Assembly: GCA_040753915.1 (NCBI GenBank)
Contig: JBFMDN010000012.1
Span: 1-64,000 of the forward strand
Reading direction: 5' to 3'
DNA length: 64,000 bases
DNA from: Thermodesulfobacteriota bacterium
GTDB lineage: Bacteria; Desulfobacterota; Desulfomonilia; Desulfomonilales; Desulfomonilaceae
Shown here: one piece after another, positions 1-10,177 of the stretch
How the letters are laid out: every line of letters begins with the position of its first letter
Numbering within the stretch: position 1 is the first letter of the stretch
The notes under the pieces: model-generated
Told to the model about the DNA's origin: nothing
What the model saw: only the letters and a program-made list of their open reading frames with translations
Databases searched by the model: none
Made by a program: the position numbers and the translations under genes

Positions 1-2
1 AC

Positions 3-593
3 TCATAGGATGCGTCGCTCGATCGCTTCCACCTTCCTCCTTAAGCTCCTGTCCTTTCCGATTCTTTGCTCCATGCGACATACCACGCTGCTCACGCTGC
101 TGTAATTCTCCAGTCCAAAGGCAACCCATATGGCTGCCAGCGTCTGACCGGACAGCCGCCTGGCAAGATAGATGGCCACATTTCGCGCGTCATTGCTCAT
201 TCCTCTCCCACTCGAAAGGAGCCCCTTGCGATCCACGCCAAAGCTCGCGCATACGGCAGATTGCATGTCCTCCAATCCCGGAGCAAGGGAGCGCGAAGCT
301 GGAATCTCTCGATGCGATCGCAGGCTTTGAAAGCCGGCCTTCACCCGCCCCACAAACTCCTTTGATCCCAGGAAAGACGGGACATTTCTTTCGGATAGAG
401 CTGCCGTGAGCTCGTCCGATTCGTCCTGTGCCACGAACGTTCGGTAAGCCTTGGCCGAATCCTCTCCGGTCGGGCAGAGCATGGACAGGGCCAGCTCACT
501 GGAAAGCCAAGCCCATCTGGCTGCACGGGACAAATAAGCCCTGTGGCTGCTCCAGGGGTAGTGGTCCAGTCGAGTCACCAGCCCGCCTCGCAA
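3..593 (-). pseudogene. Remnant of IS200/RayT-like (Y1) transposase C-terminal region fused to a DnaA-C-like HTH; runs off the window start
   Basis: Motif 'LDHYPWSSHRAYL' (Y1/COG1943-type C-terminal signature). The downstream 'NDARNVAIYLARRLSGQTLAAIWVAFG' resembles the DnaA C-terminal HTH. There is no room upstream for the N-terminal HUH domain, and there is no stop before the window edge. Confidence 0.4.
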
Positions 594-891
594 CGGATTT
601 AGAACTGAACTCTAGGACTCTTCCATTGGTGGAACCCGCCGATCACTGTGGCACCTTGCTCTCGCAGGGATGGTGCTCAGTCATATGCCGCAAGAATTGC
701 GTCTCCCGGACAGCGGACAGAGCAAAAGAGCGCCACTTTCCCGAAATCCGGGATGTCGGGAATACCGACAGCAAAAAGCTCGGGCGGGTTTGGCGTCTCA
801 GGCGCTTCGGCAACAAGGCTACGCAACCTTGCTGATGGGAGCCAAGAGCAAGTACGTGCGCCTTCAGGATATTCTCCAGAAGCAGACTTGG

Positions 892-1125
892 TTATACGGC
901 AGGCATCGTTCGAGCGTGGGTGATGTCCTGCCGCGAAACTGGGCGCACCTGATCGGCTTCCAGGGTTACAACAGCCGCAGTGTGTCCGTCCAGCGAGGTA
1001 AACTCCACTTCGTACGCCTCACCGTCGGCGTACACATGCACAACAGCGCCTACATCGCCGGGTTGAAGTCCTTCGCTCGGGACCGGAGTCTTCAACACTA
1101 CTCGTTCATGTTCCCGAATCTCCAT
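892..1125 (-). CDS. Small DUF4926-like protein (77 aa)
   Basis: ORF with RBS 'GAAGGA' 8 nt upstream. The sequence 'VVLKTPVPSEGLQPGDVGAVVHVYADGEAYEVEF' matches my recollection of the DUF4926 family. It is translationally coupled to the upstream ORF. Confidence 0.5.
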   Translation of the reverse strand: MEIREHERVVLKTPVPSEGLQPGDVGAVVHVYADGEAYEVEFTSLDGHTAAVVTLEADQVRPVSRQDITHARTMPAV

Positions 1126-1129
1126 GAGT

Positions 1130-1468
1130 TCATCCTTCTTTGGGATATGCGGTGACTAGCCGTGGCCTGTCTCGCCCCGGCTCCCTTATCCATACGGTCC
1201 TCACCAGTACGGTCTTGTTCTTGGGCGTACGCAATGTCCCATCAACAATGTACTTACTTCCATGAGAAGATTCAACCACCTGAGTAACTATGCCTTCCGC
1301 GGCAACGCGGAGCAGCGCGTGGGCCAACGCCTGCCACTCTTCCAGTCGGAAGCCCAATGAAAAGAAGAAAACGGCTTTGCCCGCGCCTTCAGGATGCCGG
1401 GGATTCATCAGGTAATTGACAACCTTGTCTCTCTCTACCAGCCCTCTTTCCGCATCGGGCAATCTCAT
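1130..1468 (-). CDS. Small protein (about 112 aa), possibly DUF6883-like; candidate partner of the DUF4926-like gene (TA-like pair)
   Basis: ATG at 1468 with a GGGGGAAGA RBS. The motif 'KVVNYLMNPRHPEGAGKAVFFFSLGF' is present. Its stop lies 4 nt before the downstream gene start. Confidence 0.4.
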   Translation of the reverse strand: MRLPDAERGLVERDKVVNYLMNPRHPEGAGKAVFFFSLGFRLEEWQALAHALLRVAAEGIVTQVVESSHGSKYIVDGTLRTPKNKTVLVRTVWIREPGRDRPRLVTAYPKEG

Positions 1469-1572
1469 GCTTCGTCTTCCCCCGTATCGTTGCCCATACG
1501 GTATTTGATATCGTAGTCTATGATGAAGTCCAACTCCTCGTCCGTGGAAATCTGGTGGATATCTGGGGATAT

Positions 1573-2004
1573 CTAGGGCCATACACCTTGTTTCTTGTAA
1601 GGTTGCCGCGTGCGGGGTCTTCCGGGTTTTCCTTTGCTGAGGTCTCGACGGGCGATGGTCTCCACCCTTGCCACAAACGCTGCATCTCCGGCCGGGCGCC
1701 CCGTCCGAATCCGTTTTCGGAGCGAGCTCAACAGGCCTTCGTCAGAGGAGAGCAGCGATCGCTCCCAATCCTGGACAAGTCCCAATAGGGTTCGATCCGT
1801 GACGAGCGGGTCGTGCTCGGTAATCCCATGTGAACTCGCGCACTTGACCAGGGATAGTCCCATGGTACGTTTGCCATACCGGCCCGTATCGGATTCTGTT
1901 CCACATAACGTGCTGCCGCCAAGAGGTGACCCTCGTCCAGAGCACTCGAGCTGAACCGCCCCTGGAACACGTAACCGTGCCCCCCCTGCAGCGAAGTCCT
2001 TCAT
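1573..2004 (-). pseudogene. Frameshifted IS200/RayT-like transposase (second copy)
   Basis: Frame A (1728..1970) carries 'AARYVEQNPIRAGMANVPWDYPWSSARVHMG'. Frame B (1573..2004) carries the typical tail 'RPAGDAAFVARVETIARRDLSKGKPGRPRTRQ'. The two halves are in different frames. Confidence 0.45.
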
Positions 2005-2310
2005 CCGTGTGTATCGCCAGTGAGCCCGGCCAAGGCACTTTCCCGGGGAGTCCTCTCAGTGCGGCACCGCTACAAAGTGGACATGGGTGGTCATGGGACA
2101 CCAAACAAGTGCCGAAACCCCGTGCCGGGCGATTTCTTCTCCCAGCAGTCCAAGATACTCACGACGGTCCGATTCTTCCAGAAACACGTTCATGGCCGAA
2201 CACCACGCTTCGTGACGCGACGCGGATGTCCGGGGACCACTATGAGCGACACACGAGGCATCATCTCATGTGGCGAGGCGATCTCATGAATGCGAACAGG
2301 AACATGATGT

Positions 2311-2361
2311 ATGTCACCGGAAATCTTATGTCACCGGAAATCTTATGTCACCAGAAATCTG
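2311..2361. repeat. Tandem 17-bp direct repeat x3 (ATGTCACCGGAAATCTT, third copy with 2 mismatches)
   Basis: Read directly: 2311-2327, 2328-2344 and 2345-2361 are contiguous. The array lies 18 bp downstream of the thrS stop. Confidence 0.85.
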
Positions 2362-2378
2362 AAATCATCTACCGAGCC

Positions 2379-4250
2379 TCAGCCTCGGAACACGGGGCGT
2401 ACAGACAGCATTTGAGGCAGGTTGGCCGGCCGGTACACCTTGTCGCGCATTTGCTCGTCAAAATAATCGCGAAGCTCCTCCACGGACATTTTCTCTTCGC
2501 TGCCCCGGTCCCGGAACCGCACGGGAAGCATATCGCTCTCGAGCTCCCTGTCACCGACCACGATAATCAGGGGAACCCATTCCATCTCAGCATCGCGGAT
2601 ACGCTTGCCGAGGGTCTCGTTCCGGTCGTCGATGTCTACCCTTCCTTTGAGCCGGCCAGCGATCTCTTTGCATGGCTCGATGTGCCTCTCTTTGACCGGA
2701 ATCAGGCGGGTCTGGGTGGGGGCTAACCAGAACGGGTACCCTCCTTTCTTCCCCTCCTTCATCCTCATAGCCTGCTTCTCAAGAAGGGCGTACACTGTCC
2801 TGTCTATGGAGCCGGACACGGATGCGTGGAGCATCAGTGGCACGGCTGAGCTTCCATCAGGCGTCACATAGGTTATCCCGAAAGTCTCTGGGTTCTCGAC
2901 ATCGATTTGCACCGTTGACAGGGCACTCGACTTGTCCTGGGTATCGTTGAAGTTCACCTCGAACTTGGTCACAAAGTAGAAGTAGCGCTTGTCCCAGATC
3001 TCCAGGAGCACAGGCTGCCCTGCCATCCGGGCGATTTGGTCGATATAGTCCTGGTTCGCTTCGTAGAAGTCGCGCACCACGCGGATGGCGATACCGTAGT
3101 CGCTGCTGTCGAACCCGAGGTTGTTCAGCCATTGGAAGCACAAATCCACTTGCTTGAGCATCTCTTCCTTGGCATGGGGAACATCCGAGCACATGGTGTG
3201 CATGTCGGGCATAGTAAACGTACGGAGACGCCGCAAGCCTGCAATTTCCCCGGACTGCTCGCGCCTGAAGCTGTGATGGGTGAGCTCATACATGCGTAAG
3301 GGCAGATTCTTGTAGCTTATGTTCATGTCATGCTCGATCAGGAATTGCCCGAAACAAGCCGCAAATCTCAGGAAGAACTCATCACGCTCCGATCGAACCA
3401 CGTACTGCTTTGCGGGAAATTTGTCCAGATACTTTGCAAGAGCAGGATGCTGAAAACTGTACATCACGGGAGTCTCTACCTGCATGGCGCCGTATCGGTT
3501 CATCGTCAGGTTTGCCTGCTCCTCCAGGATGCTCTTCAGCAGGTACCCCTTGGGATACCAGCGAAAATTCCCCTGATCCGATCCCGGCTCATAGTCGACC
3601 AGCTCCTGCTCCCGCATAATCTTGATGTGGGGCGGAGCTTCTTCCGAGACCCGCGAACCGCTGAATTCATAGTTTCGGAATTTCTCGAGAGACGGGTACG
3701 CCGTGAAGTCGAAGCTTTCCGCGGGATGTCGGACACCATCAGGAGTCACCACCAACCATTCCGACTTGATTTCGGCTTCCGCCTTGAGCGCAGCGCTCTC
3801 GGCCACACCTCCAGCGGCTCCGGCCGTGATGGTACGGGCCATCTCAGAAAGCGGATGCCCCTTTACCTTGATCTCGAATTCCTTGTAGACCCCGAAAGGT
3901 GCCCGATGGACCTCAAATCCAGCCATAGAGTCGATTTGGCTCGCAAGGGCCTTGACGACTTTGTCGGCTGCCCGAGGGGCCTCCAGAGAGGACGAGAGAT
4001 GAGCGTACGGATAGATGAAGACCCGTTTGGTGTTGATCTTTTCACAATGTGTCACTATCTCGTTGACAGCGTTTTCCACAAGCGCTGCAGCGGCGCTGTC
4101 GCCCTTTTCCACGGCAATCATACACACGAGAACTTCGCTTGCATGGCCGCGGTTCATCTCTTCCGGTATTGGGTCGAGCAGTTTGGTTATCGAAGTCTCA
4201 CCGGTAACTCTATAGGAAAAATGGTCTGCATGAAGCAGCAAAACTCTCAT
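2379..4250 (-). CDS. thrS: Threonyl-tRNA synthetase, archaeal type (N-terminal DTD-like editing domain)
   Basis: Class II motifs are present ('FRREQSGEIAGLRRLRTFTMPD'), and the C-terminal anticodon-binding region. The N-terminus 'MRVLLLHADHFSY...FIYPYAHLSSSL...APFGVYKEFEIKVKGHPLSE' matches the archaeal ThrRS editing domain. The ORF extends to 4538, but homology and a GAGGA RBS favour the start at 4250. Confidence 0.8.
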   Translation of the reverse strand: MRVLLLHADHFSYRVTGETSITKLLDPIPEEMNRGHASEVLVCMIAVEKGDSAAAALVENAVNEIVTHCEKINTKRVFIYPYAHLSSSLEAPRAADKVVKALASQIDSMAGFEVHRAPFGVYKEFEIKVKGHPLSEMARTITAGAAGGVAESAALKAEAEIKSEWLVVTPDGVRHPAESFDFTAYPSLEKFRNYEFSGSRVSEEAPPHIKIMREQELVDYEPGSDQGNFRWYPKGYLLKSILEEQANLTMNRYGAMQVETPVMYSFQHPALAKYLDKFPAKQYVVRSERDEFFLRFAACFGQFLIEHDMNISYKNLPLRMYELTHHSFRREQSGEIAGLRRLRTFTMPDMHTMCSDVPHAKEEMLKQVDLCFQWLNNLGFDSSDYGIAIRVVRDFYEANQDYIDQIARMAGQPVLLEIWDKRYFYFVTKFEVNFNDTQDKSSALSTVQIDVENPETFGITYVTPDGSSAVPLMLHASVSGSIDRTVYALLEKQAMRMKEGKKGGYPFWLAPTQTRLIPVKERHIEPCKEIAGRLKGRVDIDDRNETLGKRIRDAEMEWVPLIIVVGDRELESDMLPVRFRDRGSEEKMSVEELRDYFDEQMRDKVYRPANLPQMLSVRPVFRG

Positions 4251-4423
4251 TACATCCTCGTTTCGTCCTTGAAATCCCCTGTGAGCCTGTGGCGCCTCAA
4301 ACCTTGGACTGTAGAATATTCCTGCCAAATATTCAAGCATATTTGCTGGAATATCGCGGGGACTCGGGGTCTTCGTGTCTTGCGCAGCGTTCGAGCTGCG
4401 GCGCTTTATGGTGAACAATGTTC

Positions 4424-4451
4424 TTGACACAAAACATAGTTCCGATACAAT
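4424..4451 (+). promoter_or_regulatory. Sigma70-type promoter (TTGACA-16-TACAAT) upstream of the acyl-CoA dehydrogenase gene
   Basis: TTGACA at 4424-4429, a 16-nt spacer, and TACAAT at 4446-4451. It is about 45 nt upstream of the ATG at 4496, which has a GGAGG RBS. Confidence 0.5.
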
Positions 4452-4495
4452 GATCCTAGACCTCTCTCCTATCTCCCTCATCGGAGGTTCAAACC

Positions 4496-6124
4496 ATGAC
4501 TCTGCCTGATCGTAACAACCCCTATTCCTTCGATCCATTCCTGGAGAAGGCGCGATCCTTCGACTTCTACCGAGATGACCCCTTTTTCCAGAGACTTGTC
4601 AAACACTTCACCGGGGAACAGTGGCCCGAGCTCCATCAACGACTCCTTGCCTTTTCTTCAAAAGCCTCCACCAGATGGCGGGATCTTGCCGACCAGATAG
4701 CCCGGTTGGAGGTCCGGCCTCTCCTCGTACAGTACGATGGTCACAACCACAGGGTCGATCGAATCGTTCGGCCCATGGAAGCGCTCGAGCTGGAAAAGGA
4801 GGTCCTGCAGGAGAAACTCTTCTCTGCTGCCATGCCTCCCTGGGAAAATCTTGCCAAGAGATACCTGCTGCATCAAATCGGCGAAGCGTGCGTCGGGTGC
4901 CCCCTGGCATGCACCGAGGGTCTCATTGCGCTCGCAGAGGAATTCGTTGGGACAAACCCGCCGGAGGTGAACCGAATCGTCGAGCACTGTAAGGAGGGCC
5001 TGGACGGTGACTTCGGAATCGGTGCTCAATTCATGACCGAAATACAAGGAGGGTCGGACATCCCGTCCAACGTGCTCGAGGCAGAACCACAGGGGGACCA
5101 CTACAGGATCTATGGCACCAAGTTCTTCTGTTCCGCCATGCATGCCGACTACAGCGTGATCACGGCCAAGGTTACGGGGAGCGAGGAAGTGGGCACGTTC
5201 ATCGTTCCATCGTGGCTGCCGGGAAACAAAGCTCTGGAAAAGCGGAACGGCTATCGGATCAATCGCCTCAAATGGAAGCTCGGGACCGCTGAGCTCCCCA
5301 CAGCGGAAGTGGAATATGACGGCGCACTCGCGTATGCCGTCGGTCCAACGGATAGGGGAGTAGCAAATGCGGTGGGGATAGTGCTCACCCTTTCTCGAGT
5401 CTCCGTAGCCATATCAAGTGCATCTGCGATGACGAGAGCAGCGAGGGAAGCCCTCCTGTACAGTCAGTTCAGGGACGTGTTTGGCCGGAAAATTTACCAG
5501 TGGTCGCTCGCTGCCAAGCAATTGGAGGACCTGGTCGAAGCCGCTCAGCGGACCGCTGCAGGCCTGTTCAAGGTGTACGATCTCCACATCCGTCTCGGTC
5601 GCAGGCTGCAAGCGGGGCTCGATTCGTCGGAACCCATGGAGGTTCGTCGCCGTCGCTTCGACTTGCGAGAGCTCATTATCCTGCAGAAGATGTGCACCGC
5701 GTTGGAAACCGTGGATGTGCTCCGCAAAGCGATCTCAATCTTCGGCGGACACGGAGTGATCGAGGACTTCTCTTCACTGCCTCGGCTGTTTCGCGACGCC
5801 ATGGTGAACGAGCTGTGGGAAGGGCCAAGAAATGTCTTGCTTATGCAGGTATTTCGCGACCTTCAGCGGGTTTCGTCCTGGTATTCTCCGGAGGAGTTCA
5901 CCAGGAGCATCTTGAGCGGAGCCCCGGACGACACTGTATCCGCGCTGGGGGCTGAGTTGAAAGAGTTTCTCTCAAAACCGCCGTTCCAGGATCCCGACCC
6001 GGCTTCCATGAGGAGAGCAGAGGCGTGGGACATGTTTTGCGACACATTGTTCAAGACCTACCAGACGGTCGCTCTCAACGAGGTGGGCAAGGCCCCCATT
6101 ATCCCCGAGACCAAGACGGAGTAA
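4496..6124 (+). CDS. Acyl-CoA dehydrogenase family protein (large, AidB-like size)
   Basis: The ACAD-type motif 'TEIQGGSDIPS' is present, with 'YRIYGTKFFCSA' and a C-terminal helical domain. RBS GGAGG. Confidence 0.7.
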   Translation: MTLPDRNNPYSFDPFLEKARSFDFYRDDPFFQRLVKHFTGEQWPELHQRLLAFSSKASTRWRDLADQIARLEVRPLLVQYDGHNHRVDRIVRPMEALELEKEVLQEKLFSAAMPPWENLAKRYLLHQIGEACVGCPLACTEGLIALAEEFVGTNPPEVNRIVEHCKEGLDGDFGIGAQFMTEIQGGSDIPSNVLEAEPQGDHYRIYGTKFFCSAMHADYSVITAKVTGSEEVGTFIVPSWLPGNKALEKRNGYRINRLKWKLGTAELPTAEVEYDGALAYAVGPTDRGVANAVGIVLTLSRVSVAISSASAMTRAAREALLYSQFRDVFGRKIYQWSLAAKQLEDLVEAAQRTAAGLFKVYDLHIRLGRRLQAGLDSSEPMEVRRRRFDLRELIILQKMCTALETVDVLRKAISIFGGHGVIEDFSSLPRLFRDAMVNELWEGPRNVLLMQVFRDLQRVSSWYSPEEFTRSILSGAPDDTVSALGAELKEFLSKPPFQDPDPASMRRAEAWDMFCDTLFKTYQTVALNEVGKAPIIPETKTE

Positions 6125-6178
6125 CCATCTGATTCAGGGGATCGAGAGACGCCATTTCGACGCATGGAGGAGAAGGAA

Positions 6179-7687
6179 ATGGGATTCACTATTGGCGACA
6201 TGGTTCGACATCGCGCGCGGTTTTCACCTTCACGGGAAGGCTTCGTGGGTCAGAATTACCGCTACACCTTCCAGGAGGTGAACAACCGTGCTAATCAATG
6301 GGCGGCCTACCTCACGGCTCAAAACGTGAAAGCCGGTGACCGTGTGGCCGTCTTGTGCAAGAACGAGGAGCACATAGGGACAGTTCTTTTGGGATCCGGC
6401 AAGATCGGAGTCATCACGGTCCTTCTGAACTGGAGGCTTCAGGGAGCTGAGCTGAGCTACATTCTCTCGGACTGCGGGGCCACCATGCTGGTTTACGATG
6501 CAGAATTCGCTCAGACAGTGGAGGAGCTGAAACCGCACATCCCGACACGTTCCTACGTGTGCGTAGGTGGGAGCGAGGCCAGCGTGGATTTTCATGAAGC
6601 TCTAGCCGGAAGCTCGGCCGACGAGCCGGCGTATCAAGGAACCGGTGACGATGCAGCGGTAATCATGTACACCTCCGGGACCACCGGGCGGCCAAAAGGC
6701 GCAGTCTTGAGCCACAACAATCTCCTTGCATCTTCAATGGCTATCTCGCACTCCATCGTATGGAACCGGGACCATCGCTTCCTGCTCATGGCGCCATTGT
6801 TTCATATTGGGGGCCTCGCTCCGCTTATCACCAACGTCCACACGGGCGCCATGACCTATTTCCTGCCGAACTTTGACCCTGGGGTGGTTTGGAAAATCAT
6901 TGCACAAGAGAAGATAACCACCATGATGTCCGTTCCGCTCATGCTTCAGGCGATGCTCATGGTGGCCAAAGCAATGCCTGTTGACCCATCCAGCCTCGTC
7001 ACGATTACCTGCGGTGCTTCCGCAGTTCCTGAAACGCTTATCCGGACTTACCTCGAAATGGGGGTAAAGGTCCAGCAGGTCTACGGCATTACGGAATACT
7101 CGGGCGCTGTAACGTTTTGGACGCACGATATGCCTCTGGAAACCTGCAACTCCCAAGGAAAATCCGTGTTCCACGGAGAGCTCAAGGTGGTTGACCCTGC
7201 CACTGGCATAGAATTACCGACAGGGAACGTGGGCGAGATCGTATGCACTGGGCCCATGACCTTCACGGGCTACTGGAACAATCCGGAGGCAACTGAAGCC
7301 GCTCTCGTTGACGGATGGTACCGTACGGGAGATCTTGGGAAGAAGGATGAGGAAGGATTTGTGTACGTGGTGGATCGGCTCAAAGATATGATCATCAGCG
7401 GAGGAGAGAATATCTACCCAGCCGAGTTGGAGACTGTTATCCTTTCACACGAGGCCGTTGCGGAAGTAGCGGTCGTGGGGCGACCGGACCCGAAATGGGG
7501 CGAAATACCCCGGGCCTACGTGGTCAAGAAGCCCGACAAGGAAGTCGTGGCGGAAGAGATCGTTCAGCTTTGCCGTGAGCGGCTTGCCTCATACAAGTGT
7601 GTCAAGGAAGTTCGTTTCGTTGACGCTTTGCCAAAGAATCCGGTTGGGAAGGTGCTCAAGACGGTTTTGAGAGCTCAGGAAGGGTGA
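6179..7687 (+). CDS. AMP-dependent synthetase/ligase (acyl-CoA ligase)
   Basis: The AMP-binding signature 'YTSGTTGRPKG' and 'GYWNNPEAT...YRTGDLG' are present. RBS GGAGGAGAAGGA. Confidence 0.8.
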   Translation: MGFTIGDMVRHRARFSPSREGFVGQNYRYTFQEVNNRANQWAAYLTAQNVKAGDRVAVLCKNEEHIGTVLLGSGKIGVITVLLNWRLQGAELSYILSDCGATMLVYDAEFAQTVEELKPHIPTRSYVCVGGSEASVDFHEALAGSSADEPAYQGTGDDAAVIMYTSGTTGRPKGAVLSHNNLLASSMAISHSIVWNRDHRFLLMAPLFHIGGLAPLITNVHTGAMTYFLPNFDPGVVWKIIAQEKITTMMSVPLMLQAMLMVAKAMPVDPSSLVTITCGASAVPETLIRTYLEMGVKVQQVYGITEYSGAVTFWTHDMPLETCNSQGKSVFHGELKVVDPATGIELPTGNVGEIVCTGPMTFTGYWNNPEATEAALVDGWYRTGDLGKKDEEGFVYVVDRLKDMIISGGENIYPAELETVILSHEAVAEVAVVGRPDPKWGEIPRAYVVKKPDKEVVAEEIVQLCRERLASYKCVKEVRFVDALPKNPVGKVLKTVLRAQEG

Positions 7688-7866
7688 CAGGCATTTGCCA
7701 GAACTAATAGGCCTCCGCCACCACGGGGACCGCTGTGGGAGCTCTCCGTAGCGCCAGCGCCGCGATTCTCTTCTTGAACTGGCCTTGAGGTGCGGGCGGG
7801 TTTGAAGACCGCCCTGCCGAGCAGGAAAGCGGCAACGACCGCCGGCGGCACGCCTCTGTCAGAGCT

Positions 7867-8481
7867 TCAGACTGCCCCCTTTTCAAAGATGGTTGCGACC
7901 AGTGATGCTAACCGATGAACGTGGCGCCTAGTCTCTTCCGTCGTACGGCCTGGATAATTCCTGAAGGTAATCAGAATCCCGTTGAGCGCTGCAAAGAACG
8001 CGTGGGAAACCAATCTCACATTGCCTTTTACACCTGCCTGCACAAAGATCTGGTCGAACACGTCCAGGAGCCGTCTTTCCATTTCGTTGAATCTGGCAAC
8101 CGCCGACTCCTTGATAGTCCCATGGATCATGAAATGGGTCATCATCTCAAAAAATGAGCCGTGTTCAAGCAGGTACTGGACGAAGTCCCTCGCGGTCTCC
8201 TCTGCAGTGCGATCCGAGGCCTTCCTCAGAATGCTTTGCAACCGTCCTTCCATTTCCTGGCACTGGCGAGCGAATGCCTCCACAAAAAGGTCGTCACGGT
8301 CCGCGAAGTACCGGTAGATCGATGCAGGTGAAATCCCTGCCTGTCGAGCGATGTCACGCATTCCGACCTCTTTGAACGACTTGTGTCCAAAGAGGCTGAT
8401 GGCAGCATCCATAATGAGGTTCTTTCTCACCTCACGTTCATGTTCTCGGAGATTCTTTAGGGTGGAGCTCGACTTCCTCAT
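7867..8481 (-). CDS. TetR-family transcriptional regulator
   Basis: The HTH 'FGHKSFKEVGMRDIARQAGISPASIYRYF' lies near the N-terminus. The start is uncertain; the ORF is open to 8784 and an alternative ATG exists at 8646. Confidence 0.65.
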   Translation of the reverse strand: MRKSSSTLKNLREHEREVRKNLIMDAAISLFGHKSFKEVGMRDIARQAGISPASIYRYFADRDDLFVEAFARQCQEMEGRLQSILRKASDRTAEETARDFVQYLLEHGSFFEMMTHFMIHGTIKESAVARFNEMERRLLDVFDQIFVQAGVKGNVRLVSHAFFAALNGILITFRNYPGRTTEETRRHVHRLASLVATIFEKGAV

Positions 8482-9532
8482 TCGGCACCGCACACGTCGA
8501 ATCTGACCTGTCGGTCGTGGTCCCACCTTTAGGAGGGCCAGCTCCACGCTATCATGCGACACGAATGATTTCAATTCGCCCAGGGGGTCAGGCTTGTTTC
8601 TTGAGGAATCGAAGATGACGATAGTCTGTGAATAGGCCACTGGCATGCTCCAGACCGAGCAGGCGAGGTTAAGAGGCGACAGAAAGATCAAGAGAATAGG
8701 CCTGACCCCACCCTTCTCCTTTTCCTTGAGAAGAGCCACGTGACAACAAGCACAGCGCACCACACCGCCAAAGCAAGAGCGCATCCGTTCACAGCCTCTT
8801 TGAGCCCCATGAGCACCAAGTCCATCTGGAAACAGCTCCTTTCTTGCGAGCGTCCGTCGCTCCCGTGCAGAAGATTCCGTCTCCTACACGGGGGTCCGCT
8901 CGCGCGACGGACGCCTTCCCTCCATCTTGATGACCCGGGCAGGAAGGAGGGAATTTTTCTGTGATGGCCTGCGAGAGGGGGAGCATAAAGCGTGCCAGGA
9001 CAGCGCGTAAGGATGTTTCCTAATACAATTTGTTATTCCAATACGATAGATTTTGGAGACGCTTCGAGATCACGGCTGCCGGCAACGACGAAGGAACGAT
9101 ACGTGTCAAAATCCCGTTGTATGAAACTTGCATCAGTTAAATCAGAGGGTTATTTTTAGCTTTCTGCGTGAAAATCACTCGTGGTCCTCCACTACCGTGT
9201 CATCTTGACTCGCCCGCATTCTCCGGAGCGATGACTGCCACACATATTCAATGCGTGGCACTCATCGCAGTTGAAAACCAATGAGCCTTCGGTTGACATG
9301 GATTCATAACAGAGGTCGAGATTTCCCATCAGTGCCTGTGGAGCTCCTAGCTCATGGCAAACACGATAGTGGAACGCGGCCGTTGCTTACACGCTGTCGC
9401 TTCCGACTCGGTTTGCGAATCAGGTTCCGACCTGTTCTTGATGCGCTTCATCATAGATTCACAGGCAGCCCCCAGCACGCTGAGATCCTCCGCTGCGGGT
9501 ATGGCATTCGGGCGGAACGTCACCGCCCGCCC

Positions 9533-9781
9533 CTACTCATCTTCTTTATCTTGCTTATCTTCTTTTGGCCCGGATTCTTCTTCCGCGGCAGCATGGGACT
9601 TGATCTGTTCGGCGTATTGAACCACCTCCTTCAGAAGGGGCTCTATGACGAGGGTCCACTCGGGATGCTCCCTCAAGTTGAGCGAGCCTGTCTCCAGCAC
9701 CTTGGCTATGACAAACAATTTCGTTCGAACATCGTACAATTCTTTATGCACTTTCTCCGCGGTCCATTTCTTTTCCGACAT
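9533..9781 (-). CDS. Small acidic hypothetical protein (82 aa)
   Basis: GGAGG RBS 7 nt upstream of the ATG. The sequence is protein-like, with a KEDKQDKEDE tail. Confidence 0.4.
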   Translation of the reverse strand: MSEKKWTAEKVHKELYDVRTKLFVIAKVLETGSLNLREHPEWTLVIEPLLKEVVQYAEQIKSHAAAEEESGPKEDKQDKEDE

Positions 9782-10177
9782 TTCAGCCTCCATCCGGGAA
9801 ACTCTCCGACAAGAACCTTTCCCATGAACCCGACGCCTTGTCCGCCGTTGCTCATGGTCAATACATTCAGTATCACCGAACGACAGGTCAGGGCAACTCT
9901 CTTCCTTCGTCAGACGATTCGTGGTGACATGCTTGTAAATCAGGGCTGCAAATGGTACCTTTGGTTCAGCGGGACGCCCATGGGAAAACCCGAGCAGGGG
10001 GGGCGAATCGTTTGTATACGGTGCACGTGTGGCGCCAGCGACGTCGAAGGCGGTCGCCTGCAGTTCTTCAAGCAGGTCTTGTCGTCATGTCGGCGCGTGC
10101 TTGTGCAGGGGTTTAGGCGGCGTCGCGAAAGCGGGAAGCAAGAATCCAGGCTTTTCAAGGCGAGAGGGGTTGTGCCG

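Noticed and set aside
2311-2361. Possible CRISPR array
   Set aside because: It has only three contiguous 17-bp units with no spacers and no cas genes nearby.
3330-4427. 365-aa plus-strand ORF
   Set aside because: It is entirely antisense to thrS and has no recognisable domains.
9281-10177. N-terminal 300 codons of the long 9281-11254 ORF
   Set aside because: The segment is antisense to the small acidic protein gene and its composition is not protein-like. SPFH homology begins only at 10178.
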